DNA of 64,000 nucleotides from Candidatus Saganbacteria bacterium (lineage in GTDB: Bacteria > Margulisbacteria > WOR-1 > XYC2-FULL-46-14 > XYC2-FULL-37-10): positions 1,128 to 65,127 of the forward strand of contig JACRPL010000016.1 of assembly GCA_016223245.1 (NCBI GenBank), given 5' to 3'. Positions 1-8,182 of this stretch are shown piece after piece (positions within the stretch are counted from its first letter, which is position 1; each line of letters starts with the position of its first letter). The position numbers and the translations under genes are program-made. The notes under the pieces were generated by a model. That model did no database searches, had not been told where the DNA came from, and was given only the letters and a program-made list of their open reading frames with translations.

Positions 1-16
1 TAATTCGGTAAGCCTT

Positions 17-931
17 ATGCCAAGCGGGGCTGTTGGAGCATTGACAAGTACTACTTTTACAAATCCCTTGGTTCTTGGAGCCGACGGCAGTTTTAATTTT
101 TGGGATGGAAGATCGTCTTTAACGGTCGGCATGTTGGCGGTTGAAGGCGTGGACATTGCATCGGTAATCACGGCAAAAGGATATTATGGATTTGGATCGT
201 ATAGCCTTGGCGCCGTTACAAGTACGCCAACAACGCCTACGGTCAATATCAAATGCAATTATAAGGCGGATTCTCCGTATGCCCCTTCGATCACTAAATT
301 CGAAGAAGTATCGGCGACCGATCCGGTAAAAAATACTAAAACTTCATCGTTAAAGGTTACGGCGAACGAAGGTTCGGGTTCTACAGGCGATAGGGAGATT
401 AAATCTCATGGATGGAAGTATTGGATCCCAGCCGATCCCGCCAACGCGATGGCCTCTGCTCCGCCAACTGAAGTTGCGGGTGCTACATCGACTGTATTGG
501 ATCTGGATTCGACAAAGGTTACACCCGGCAAACAATACGCATTTATCTGTAAAACCATAAATCAATGGGGGGAGACTTGGAGTAGCCCGCAACTTTACAC
601 AATCGGCTCCGGCGGCACTGGCGGCGTTGCGACATCTTTCACCTATGACCTGTTAAAATCGGAAGCCGGGAAAGTTGTTATTAACGCAATTTCTTCTCCA
701 AAAGATATACAGGCATTCGAATTGGCTAAATTGATAAATGCGGCAAAGTCGGGCGATCCGGCAAAGCCGGCGAACGTCGTTATTGCGATCGGGCACTGGA
801 CAGGCGCCGCCTCCGAAGCATTTATAGTAGACGACAAGTCCGGCGCGAGCAAAGGATTTACGATACGAGCCGGCGAAGGCGTCCAGGTTTATGTTAATGA
901 CGATGTTAAGGGGTTTAAGCTAAGTAACTAA
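17..931 (+). CDS. Hypothetical secreted/surface protein, C-terminal part; the ORF probably continues upstream of the window
   Basis: The ORF is open to the window edge, has Thr/Ser/Gly-rich segments and no recognisable catalytic motif. Confidence 0.35.
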   Translation: MPSGAVGALTSTTFTNPLVLGADGSFNFWDGRSSLTVGMLAVEGVDIASVITAKGYYGFGSYSLGAVTSTPTTPTVNIKCNYKADSPYAPSITKFEEVSATDPVKNTKTSSLKVTANEGSGSTGDREIKSHGWKYWIPADPANAMASAPPTEVAGATSTVLDLDSTKVTPGKQYAFICKTINQWGETWSSPQLYTIGSGGTGGVATSFTYDLLKSEAGKVVINAISSPKDIQAFELAKLINAAKSGDPAKPANVVIAIGHWTGAASEAFIVDDKSGASKGFTIRAGEGVQVYVNDDVKGFKLSN

Positions 932-946
932 AGAGGAGGAGTGAGC

Positions 947-1051
947 ATGGAGCCGTTGTCAATTGTATATCTTTCACTAATAATTATATCAATAATAATG
1001 CTAGTCGTTTATTTTTTGTTCGGCAAAAATACGCCAAAAGGGATCTTGTAG
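947..1051 (+). CDS. Small hydrophobic peptide (34 aa) ending ...GKNTPKGIL; one of three paralogs in the window
   Basis: It follows a strong RBS (aagaggagga) and has a single TM-like core. Its C-terminal motif matches the peptides at 18776 and about 3244. Confidence 0.35.
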   Translation: MEPLSIVYLSLIIISIIMLVVYFLFGKNTPKGIL

Positions 1052-1083
1052 GATAAAAATGGCATTAAAGAAAGGGTTTAAAT

Positions 1084-1272
1084 ATGAGCGATAGATATAA
1101 AGAATTTTTAATCGATCTAATAGCAAAATCATTCCAAATAATCTTTGCTGTTATGATCATTGCGCCTATCGCAACTAGATCGTTCGATATCCCGTTATTA
1201 ATTTCCGGCTCGGTTATAGCGATAATTTTGATATTATGGGGCGGGAGTATTTCCGCAAAAATGGAGGAATAA
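1084..1272 (+). CDS. Small membrane protein (62 aa), KEFLIDLI...two-TM family; paralogs at 3049 and 18580
   Basis: Three copies share KE(Y)F(I/V)D..I......Q(I/V)(I/V)F near the N-terminus followed by two hydrophobic segments. Confidence 0.4.
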   Translation: MSDRYKEFLIDLIAKSFQIIFAVMIIAPIATRSFDIPLLISGSVIAIILILWGGSISAKMEE

Positions 1273-1273
1273 A

Positions 1274-1381
1274 ATGAGCGAAATGGCATGGTACTGGGTT
1301 TTTATCGGAATATTTCTTGTTGTTTTATTCGGTTTTATGACTTTTGTTTTTCCAAATCTTGTCGCGAGAAGGAAGCATTAG
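1274..1381 (+). CDS. Small hydrophobic peptide (35 aa, MSEMAWYWVFIGIFLVVLFGF...)
   Basis: A short ORF lies immediately after the 62-aa membrane protein and has a single TM segment. Confidence 0.2.
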   Translation: MSEMAWYWVFIGIFLVVLFGFMTFVFPNLVARRKH

Positions 1382-1443
1382 CGAGTCAATTTTGGCGGGG
1401 TTAAAAGTTCCGAGAGAGAAGACCGAAAATTAAAAGTCGGAAT

Positions 1444-2649
1444 TTGAATAATATGAAAAAATTATTATATATTTTAATATTTACATTGTTGGTCATTGGA
1501 AATTGGTCATTGGTCATTTGCGCAGCGTCTCACGCGGCGTATTATTACCCCCAGTATTGGATCGGCGGGACAATACAAGACCCTGACGCGAAAGCGACGG
1601 GCATGGCCGTTTATTTTTATGAATTCCTGAACAAACTTCAGGATGGGAGCGGGTTTGCCTATGGGCTAGCTGAAAAAGATAAATATTTATTAAATGCCGG
1701 CAGTACGCCGATGACCGATCCGTTCTTGTTCCTCGGCGGGACCGACTATCACGTCTTTATCCCGAACAGCAATCAAGCCGATCCGGCAAACGGATATGGC
1801 GCAGATAAAGTCGATGTGAAATTATCAAGGTCGGGGATCGATTATGCGAACCTTGTGCTTACCAAAGGCGGCGGCAAGATTGACGGCAATTATGTATTTC
1901 CTCCGGCTCCGGCGGCAGGCCCGGGGGCTGGCATAGCGTATCCTCCGCCGTTATTCGATTATATAAAATTCGGCAACCGAATTTACCAAAAGGCGTTGGT
2001 TGAAAAGGGTGATAAGTTCATAGTGCCTGCGACGCCAAAAATATTGGCGAAAGTCCAAAGCGAGCTTGCCTTAAAATCCGGGTCATTATCGATCAAGATC
2101 AACGAATCCGGCGGGCCTACGCCAGCACTCACAATTGGCGAGACAAAAATAACCAACAAAGAGCTGTCTGCATCGGGTGTTGGCGCAAAAAGCGTAAATG
2201 CCCTGTCTTTTTCATACGATGTGCCTGAGGAAAACAAATTGGGCGAAGGGGTTAATACTATAAAGATATACGTCGAGAACGCCGACGGCACAGCTACGTT
2301 TGAGGTCGCGACAGTTACCGTCATGTCAGGCCCCGCGTCGATACTGGGGCCAGTGCTTACGTTCCCATCGCCTTTCTCCCCGACAAAAGATAAGACGGTT
2401 ACGATCCAATATACCCTTTCGACGGCAGCCGACATCGATGTCCATATCTTCTCGCCGACAGGCGAAATTGTCAAAAAATTCATACTGCTTTCGGGGCAGG
2501 AAGGCGGCAACGCGGGCGTCAACAAGATAACCTGGGACGGCGTGAAGCCAACAGGCCTGACGCTCGGCAATGCTATATATTCCGGCGTCGTTGTAAGCCA
2601 TGCGCAGGGAAAGATCCTTGGCAAGTTCATGTTGAGCGTTGTTGATTGA
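1444..2649 (+). CDS. Secreted protein with LLVIGNWSLVI-type signal peptide and FlgD-Ig-like C-terminal domain
   Basis: The signal peptide is encoded by (TTGGTCA)n heptamer repeats. The C-terminal ...ITWDGVKPTGLTLGNAIYSGVV resembles a FlgD Ig-like / secretion-tail domain. Confidence 0.55.
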   Translation: MNNMKKLLYILIFTLLVIGNWSLVICAASHAAYYYPQYWIGGTIQDPDAKATGMAVYFYEFLNKLQDGSGFAYGLAEKDKYLLNAGSTPMTDPFLFLGGTDYHVFIPNSNQADPANGYGADKVDVKLSRSGIDYANLVLTKGGGKIDGNYVFPPAPAAGPGAGIAYPPPLFDYIKFGNRIYQKALVEKGDKFIVPATPKILAKVQSELALKSGSLSIKINESGGPTPALTIGETKITNKELSASGVGAKSVNALSFSYDVPEENKLGEGVNTIKIYVENADGTATFEVATVTVMSGPASILGPVLTFPSPFSPTKDKTVTIQYTLSTAADIDVHIFSPTGEIVKKFILLSGQEGGNAGVNKITWDGVKPTGLTLGNAIYSGVVVSHAQGKILGKFMLSVVD

Positions 2650-2668
2650 TCTTTGAGGAGACAATTAA

Positions 2669-2992
2669 ATGGCCGAAGAAAAATTAAAAAAAGAATATTT
2701 TGAAATACTCTTAGAGGGCATAAGAAGCGATGTTAAGCTTGTTCTTGAAGGACACGCCGTATTAAATAAAAAGATCGATAATGGGTATGCTGTATTAAAT
2801 CAAAAGATCGATAATGGGTATGCTGTATTAAATAAAAAGATCGATGATGTTAAAGAGCTGGTAAAAGCGGTGGACAAAAAAGTGGACCAGAATTACAAGA
2901 TGCTGGATTATGATATCAAACAAGTGGGAAAGAGCGTCGGCGAAGTCAAAGAAAAGCTTAACGAGCATATACGTATGCCGGCTCATGCGTGA
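2669..2992 (+). CDS. Hypothetical repeat-containing protein (AVLN(K/Q)KIDNGY x3)
   Basis: It is preceded by an RBS (ggagacaat) and contains a 33-bp tandem repeat encoding an 11-aa unit. Confidence 0.4.
   Translation: MAEEKLKKEYFEILLEGIRSDVKLVLEGHAVLNKKIDNGYAVLNQKIDNGYAVLNKKIDDVKELVKAVDKKVDQNYKMLDYDIKQVGKSVGEVKEKLNEHIRMPAHA
2759..2849 (+). repeat. 33-bp tandem repeat (about 2.7 units) inside the CDS at 2669..2992
   Basis: gtattaaat[a/c]aaaagatcgataatgggtatgct is repeated head to tail. Confidence 0.8.
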
Positions 2993-3048
2993 AATGGTTA
3001 TCAGGCCGGTTTCAGGTTGTTGGTCGATATTATAGGGAGAAATTGCAA

Positions 3049-3240
3049 ATGAACAAGGAAGCAAAAAAATATTTTGTCGATATATTTGCGAGAATGTCCC
3101 AAGTAATATTTACGCTTGCAATAGTTTCCCCTTTTTTCATAAATCTTTTTAGCTTAACAACGTTTATTTTTGGCGGAGTGTTTTTTGGTGTTATAGTTTT
3201 TTTGGGGTATCTTATTTCCAATTCAATATCGGAGGGATAG
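3049..3240 (+). CDS. Small membrane protein, paralog of 1084..1272 (start at MNKEAKKYFVDIF)
   Basis: It is preceded by an RBS (gggaga) and shares the KKYFVDIF....Q(V)IF motif and two-TM layout with its paralogs. Confidence 0.4.
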   Translation: MNKEAKKYFVDIFARMSQVIFTLAIVSPFFINLFSLTTFIFGGVFFGVIVFLGYLISNSISEG

Positions 3241-3243
3241 ATC

Positions 3244-3354
3244 ATGGTTAATGAGGCCGCTTTATATTCATTTTTGTCTATTGTCATATTAGGGGCTATC
3301 GTAGTAACGATATTTTCTGTATTTTCCGGCAAGCCTCCAAAAGGGATGTTGTAG
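3244..3354 (+). pseudogene. KG(M/I)L-type small peptide paralog carrying a +1 frameshift
   Basis: The start MVNEAALYSFLSIVILGAI is in one frame and the conserved end VVTIFSVFSGKPPKGML* is in the +1 frame, with an extra C near 3300. Confidence 0.3.
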
Positions 3355-3438
3355 GGGAAAATGGATATAAGGAGATCAGGTAAAAAACCTGATTATCTGA
3401 TCATCAGATATTCTGCCTACTGATAATCTGATACTCTG

Positions 3439-3509
3439 GAGACTAGTTAGGAACCTGCGAGTGAACCCTGCCTGCCGGCAGGCACGGTTCGCGGTTCCTA
3501 ACTAGTCTC
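3439..3509. repeat. About 70-bp near-perfect palindromic element (arms actagttaggaacc, core gcctgccggcaggc); second copy at 39238
   Basis: The sequence gagactagttaggaacctgcgagtgaaccctgcctgccggcaggcacggttcgcggttcctaactagtctc is present. Confidence 0.85.
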
Positions 3510-3620
3510 ATATTGGCAGTTAGATAGAGTTGCCATTCGTAAGGAATGATTTTTGGCAAGTTTTTGTTATCGGTTGTTGATTGATGAAAAAGGGGGAAAA
3601 TTGATGAAAAAGGGGGGAAT

Positions 3621-5306
3621 ATGAAAAATAAAATACTAGTTTATTCGCTGTTAGTTGTAAGCTGTATGTTCCTGCTGTCTGCTGTCTCATTAGCGGAAAT
3701 ACCGAGGACTATTAATGTCCAGGGGCGTGTTAGCGATAAAGGCATTCCAATTTCTGACGGGAAATATCAAATGTCTGTTGACTTTACGGACAAAGATGGG
3801 AACACGATCGCAGATGGCACGGAAAAAATATTTAATGATAAAGAAATAAAGAATGGCATGTTTAATTTGCAAATTAATTTGACTGGTGCCAATGATTGGC
3901 AATTAAAATTTGATAAGCCTTATTGGGTTCTTGTTGAACTTCCGAACTTAGGCTTGAAGTTTTTGCAACCCTTAACCTCCGTTCCATACGCCTTAAACGC
4001 GGATAGCCTTGGCGGCCTCCCTGCGACTTCGTATGCCACAAAAGATGCAAGTGGAAAGATCATTGGCGCATCGGGAGATTTTGTGAAAAAGAGCGGGGAT
4101 GATATGAGCGGGGTACTTGGGATTTCAGCTAAGGATGAAACAGCGGCTTTACGCGTTACGGACGACAGGACGACTATTACTCCTCCATGGTTTGGAATAC
4201 CTTTTGGTGCTATTGCCGCCAAGGGCGATGGAACGGTTGGCTTAAGCGCATATAGTAAAAACAATATGGGGATTTATGCTAAATCAGATTCAAAGGCAGG
4301 AATATTTGGAGTTGGGAAAGAAGCAGGCGTACATGGTGAAAAATCCAATGATGTCTTTGGCGAGCTTGGGACTGCTCGTTATTTCGCAGGCGTTTATCCG
4401 CCCATGGGCGTTTTTGGAACATCAACGGATATAGGTATTTATGGCTCAGTGGGGGAATCCTCCAAAGCGACGACATTGTCAGGCAAAAAGATCCCGTCAA
4501 TTGGTGTTGCAGGCTGGTCGCCTGATGGGAGAGGGGTTAGCGGTGGAAGCTCCACTGGGAGTGGCGTCTATGGAAGTAGCTGGTATGAATTTCCGGATAC
4601 TAGCTTATGGGTAAACAATAAGGATTACGCAGCAGGTGGATATTTTGAAGCACAAAAAGGATTTGGAGTAATTGGAACTTCTTTTTCGAATAATGGCGGA
4701 AATGGTGGCGGAGTTTTGGGAAGAAGTTTGGATACAAACGATGTTGTATCAGGCTTTTTTGCGAAAAATTTTGGTGTTGCAGGAATTAGCAATAAAGGAA
4801 ATGGTGTTTTTGGCGTTAGCAGTATGAACGATGGAATTTATGGGTACTCGCATGATAAAAACCATGCTGGGGTCTACGCGACGAATGCTGCCGCCACAGG
4901 AAACGCGATAAAAGCAGATGGAAAAGTTCAAATTGGATCGACAAAGGACCAATATTATGCTGATGTTGTTTTGGAAATTAATAAAGGGAAAATACAAATA
5001 GATAACGAAAGTAAAACAACTACTGTTGGGCCTGCAGCTTATTCAATTCATAATGTGGAGATAAATAAAATCGTCGGGAAAGTAACATTAAACGCTTCCA
5101 ATTCCAATTCTTACAATGGCGTAACTGTAACTAATGGTTACGTGAAAAAAGATTCTATAATATTATTAACTATTTTTGACTCAAGCTTTTCTCCCGCATC
5201 GGCGCACGACCAAGCTCTAGTTATCACTAAGCAATATGATGGGGGCTTTGAAGTTGTTTTCAGGTCAAAGCCAATAGGTGGATTTAATTTTCTAGTGATC
5301 AATTAG
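3621..5306 (+). CDS. Glycine-rich fibre-like surface protein with signal peptide and tail-fibre-like KSGDDMSGVL motif (paralog family, subfamily B)
   Basis: It has a signal peptide, a PRTINVQGR motif, PYALNADSLGGLPATSY...KKSGDDMSGVLGI, GVxGxS-type glycine repeats and the C-terminal GGFNFLVIN shared with the 19375 gene. Confidence 0.6.
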   Translation: MKNKILVYSLLVVSCMFLLSAVSLAEIPRTINVQGRVSDKGIPISDGKYQMSVDFTDKDGNTIADGTEKIFNDKEIKNGMFNLQINLTGANDWQLKFDKPYWVLVELPNLGLKFLQPLTSVPYALNADSLGGLPATSYATKDASGKIIGASGDFVKKSGDDMSGVLGISAKDETAALRVTDDRTTITPPWFGIPFGAIAAKGDGTVGLSAYSKNNMGIYAKSDSKAGIFGVGKEAGVHGEKSNDVFGELGTARYFAGVYPPMGVFGTSTDIGIYGSVGESSKATTLSGKKIPSIGVAGWSPDGRGVSGGSSTGSGVYGSSWYEFPDTSLWVNNKDYAAGGYFEAQKGFGVIGTSFSNNGGNGGGVLGRSLDTNDVVSGFFAKNFGVAGISNKGNGVFGVSSMNDGIYGYSHDKNHAGVYATNAAATGNAIKADGKVQIGSTKDQYYADVVLEINKGKIQIDNESKTTTVGPAAYSIHNVEINKIVGKVTLNASNSNSYNGVTVTNGYVKKDSIILLTIFDSSFSPASAHDQALVITKQYDGGFEVVFRSKPIGGFNFLVIN

Positions 5307-5375
5307 TAAACTGTAATCTTAGCCGCAAACGCCTATCCGCTTGACAATTATACTTAAATAAACTATACTTTATAT

Positions 5376-6608
5376 ATGCAAGGTAAAAATAATGTTCTAA
5401 TTAGAAGCTTGGAAGAAGTAATTAATAATACAATAAAAGAGAAGCACTCCGCTCTTGTGTTCGGGCCGCGCCAGGTAGGGAAGACAACGCTAATAAAAAA
5501 GTGCCTATCAAAAACAGAAAATCTGGGATCGTATTATCTGCAAAACCCCGAAATACGGGAACAATTTGAGAAAGACCCTTCTTTGCTAATCCGCCAGGTT
5601 GAAGCTATTGACGGGAACCCGTATATTTTTGTCGATGAAGCCCAGAAGGTGCCGGAACTTTTTGACTCGATGCAGTACTTGATCGACGACAAAAAAGCGC
5701 AATTCTTGATCACGGGGTCTTCCGCTAGAAAATTGCGGAGGAAGGGAGCAAATATGCTTCCTGGCAGGGTGAAATCCTGCCGCTTAGACCCGCTAAATTG
5801 GGGCGAATTCGGATGGATAAAAGGAAGCCATATCAAGGAATTAAAAATTGACAATATCAATTCGAGAGTTGACTATTCGCTGGAAAAAATGCTTGTTTTC
5901 GGAGCCCTGCCCGGCATTGTATTGATCGAAGATGAAGAAGAAAGAAAGGATATCCTGAAATCGTATTCGAATATTTATTTGGAAGAAGAGATCAGGGCGG
6001 AATCCTTGAGCAGAAAGATCGGGGCATTTTCAAGGTTCCTGGAACTGTCGGCAAACGAATCGGGGACAAGCCCGAATCTGTCGAAGCTTTCAATGGAAGC
6101 AGGGGTAAGCGCTCCTGCCATCAAAGAATTTTATAACCTGCTTGTTGATACGCTTGTGGCTGAAAAAGTCGAACCATACCTGAAAAATGCGAGAAAAAGG
6201 ATACTATCATCGCCAAAATATTATTTCTTCGATATCGGGGCAAGAAATGCCGTGTCCAGGATGCCATTGAAAATGGAATTGGTAAATACGCAAAAAGGGA
6301 CGCTTTTTGAGCATGCTGTAATTCTGGAAATCATCAGAAGAATAAGAGTATTAGGCGAAAATTATAAAGTTTGTTTCTGGAGGACAAGTGGAGGGGCTGA
6401 AGTGGATTGTATCCTCGATCTTGGGGATAGAGTTGTACCTATAGAAATCAAGGCCAGCAAGAAGGTCGCATTATCCGAGGTTAAAGGCTTGGAAATATTT
6501 TTGAATGATTATCCCGAGGCCGAAAATATTGGTTTTGTAATTACCATGGGGGATAGGCCGGAGAAAATAACAGATAGAATAATTGCTGTTCCGTGGGATT
6601 ACATATAG
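5376..6608 (+). CDS. AAA-type ATPase of the COG1373 / DUF4143 family
   Basis: It has a Walker A motif (GPRQVGKTTL) and a Walker B motif (FVDEAQ), and its length and architecture are typical of COG1373. Confidence 0.6.
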   Translation: MQGKNNVLIRSLEEVINNTIKEKHSALVFGPRQVGKTTLIKKCLSKTENLGSYYLQNPEIREQFEKDPSLLIRQVEAIDGNPYIFVDEAQKVPELFDSMQYLIDDKKAQFLITGSSARKLRRKGANMLPGRVKSCRLDPLNWGEFGWIKGSHIKELKIDNINSRVDYSLEKMLVFGALPGIVLIEDEEERKDILKSYSNIYLEEEIRAESLSRKIGAFSRFLELSANESGTSPNLSKLSMEAGVSAPAIKEFYNLLVDTLVAEKVEPYLKNARKRILSSPKYYFFDIGARNAVSRMPLKMELVNTQKGTLFEHAVILEIIRRIRVLGENYKVCFWRTSGGAEVDCILDLGDRVVPIEIKASKKVALSEVKGLEIFLNDYPEAENIGFVITMGDRPEKITDRIIAVPWDYI

Positions 6609-6650
6609 TCGCTCACTTTTAATTGATCGGCGCATCATCCATCCCTATAA

Positions 6651-6806
6651 CGATCTAATAATAGATATTTTATTTTTGATTCAAGTTTTAAAGCTTCACC
6701 GGCACAGGATCAAGCGCTTGTCATCGCAAAACAATATGATGGCGGCTTTGAAGTTATGTTTAGGCCAAAGCCCACGGGCGGCTTTAATTTTCTTGTTATA
6801 AATTAA
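6651..6806 (+). pseudogene. C-terminal remnant (about 51 codons, no start) of a subfamily-B fibre paralog
   Basis: It translates to ...FDSSFKASPAQDQALVIAKQYDGGFEVMFRPKPTGGFNFLVIN*, which matches the C-terminus of the 3621 gene, and there is a stop immediately upstream. Confidence 0.6.
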
Positions 6807-6928
6807 ATTCATAGGCCCGTATTTGTAGTTTCTTTATCCGCCCAAAGTAATTTTTGGGCGAGGTTTTTTTGAGTATGAGGAATGTAAATACTTGAAACTT
6901 GACAAATACAAGGAATATGGTATGATTA

Positions 6929-8062
6929 TTGCAAATGTTGCCACGCTATTATCAGAATTTAGAGGAATATCTACATCCCAATAAGGTTTTGGTGATATAT
7001 GGTGCAAGGCAAGTTGGCAAAACTACGCTTCTCCAAACTTTTTTCAAGAATACTAAGCTTAAATATAAAATAGACTCTGGTGATAATATTAAGGTTCAGG
7101 AAATATTGGGTTCACAAGATTTTTCAAAAATATTGGATTACGCGTCAGGGTATCAGCTTATAGTATTGGATGAAGCGCAAAGGATCCCGAATATCGGAAT
7201 GGGGCTCAAGATTCTTGTCGATCAAATCCCGGGGATTCTAGTGATCGCTACAGGGTCTTCTTCTTTCGAGCTTTCCGGCCAAATTGGCGAGCCGCTAACC
7301 GGACGGAAAAGAACCCTTACAATGTATCCATTGTCCCAAATAGAGCTGCTCAAGCTATTTAATGCCCATGAATTAAATGAAAAGCTAGGCGAATGGCTCA
7401 TTTTCGGAGGATATCCAGCAGTCATTACTTCAAAAACAAGAGAAGAGAAAATTAGCGTACTTGAGGAATTGGTGAATTCCTATTTGTTGAAAGATATACT
7501 TGAACTCGAGAAAGTTAAAGGAGCCCAGGTGCTAGTTAATCTTCTCAGATTGCTTGCTTTTCAGGTTGGGAACGAGGTTTCTTTGTCCGAACTCGCGAAT
7601 AAATTGAATATTGATTATAAAACCGTGGCTCGGTATATAGACCTTTTTGAAAAAGCTTTTGTCCTATTTGGCTTGTCTGGATTTTCGAGGAATTTAAGGA
7701 AGGAAGTTACAAGGAAGAAGAAATATTATTTTTATGACAATGGCATCCGAAATGCCATCATTTCAAATTTTAATAATCTTGATATGCGCGATGACATAGG
7801 AAAATTGTGGGAGAACTTTTTAGTCTTAGAAAGGCTTAAAACACAGGAATATATGCAGGTACACGCAAATAACTATTTTTGGAGAACTTGGGACGGGAAG
7901 GAAATTGATTGGATCGAAGAGAGAGAAGGGAAACTCTTCGCTTATGAATTTAAATACAAAAAAGATAAAGTTGGCTTGCCTAAAGATTTTATAACCTCAT
8001 ATCCAAATTCGGCATGGGAAATAATAACATCTGATAATTATTTGCATTTTCTCCTGACTTAG
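6929..8062 (+). CDS. AAA-type ATPase of the COG1373 / DUF4143 family (second copy)
   Basis: It has Walker A (GARQVGKTTL) and Walker B (VLDEAQ) motifs. Confidence 0.6.
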   Translation: MQMLPRYYQNLEEYLHPNKVLVIYGARQVGKTTLLQTFFKNTKLKYKIDSGDNIKVQEILGSQDFSKILDYASGYQLIVLDEAQRIPNIGMGLKILVDQIPGILVIATGSSSFELSGQIGEPLTGRKRTLTMYPLSQIELLKLFNAHELNEKLGEWLIFGGYPAVITSKTREEKISVLEELVNSYLLKDILELEKVKGAQVLVNLLRLLAFQVGNEVSLSELANKLNIDYKTVARYIDLFEKAFVLFGLSGFSRNLRKEVTRKKKYYFYDNGIRNAIISNFNNLDMRDDIGKLWENFLVLERLKTQEYMQVHANNYFWRTWDGKEIDWIEEREGKLFAYEFKYKKDKVGLPKDFITSYPNSAWEIITSDNYLHFLLT

Positions 8063-8142
8063 GACACCCCCACTAATTGTGCAAAAGGCCGCGCATAAAA
8101 AAACCGTGCGAGGCGTTTCAATTATTCCTGCTGCACAATGGC

Positions 8143-8171
8143 TTGCCCCCCCCCCAGAAATATGCTATTAT
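8143..8171 (+). promoter_or_regulatory. Sigma70-like promoter TTGCCC-N17-TATTAT whose spacer contains a C10 homopolymer (8146..8155)
   Basis: The sequence ttgccccccccccagaaatatgctattat sits about 12 bp upstream of ATG 8183. Confidence 0.45.
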
Positions 8172-8182
8172 TTGCCAATAAG

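Noticed and set aside
1983-2664. Several 70-215 aa ORFs antisense to or overlapping the fibre and secreted-protein genes (e.g. 1983..2630 -, 2326..2664 -, 10718..11098 -, 23243..23713 -)
   Set aside because: They are embedded in better-supported genes on the other strand or frame, and their Pro/Ser/Arg-rich translations are typical of out-of-frame reads.
8138-8182. Track start MACPPPRNMLLFANK for the fibre gene
   Set aside because: The extension is translated from the poly-C tract and lacks a signal peptide. ATG 8183 gives the canonical MKRVLYILLVILLAISSSAFA leader shared with the paralogs.
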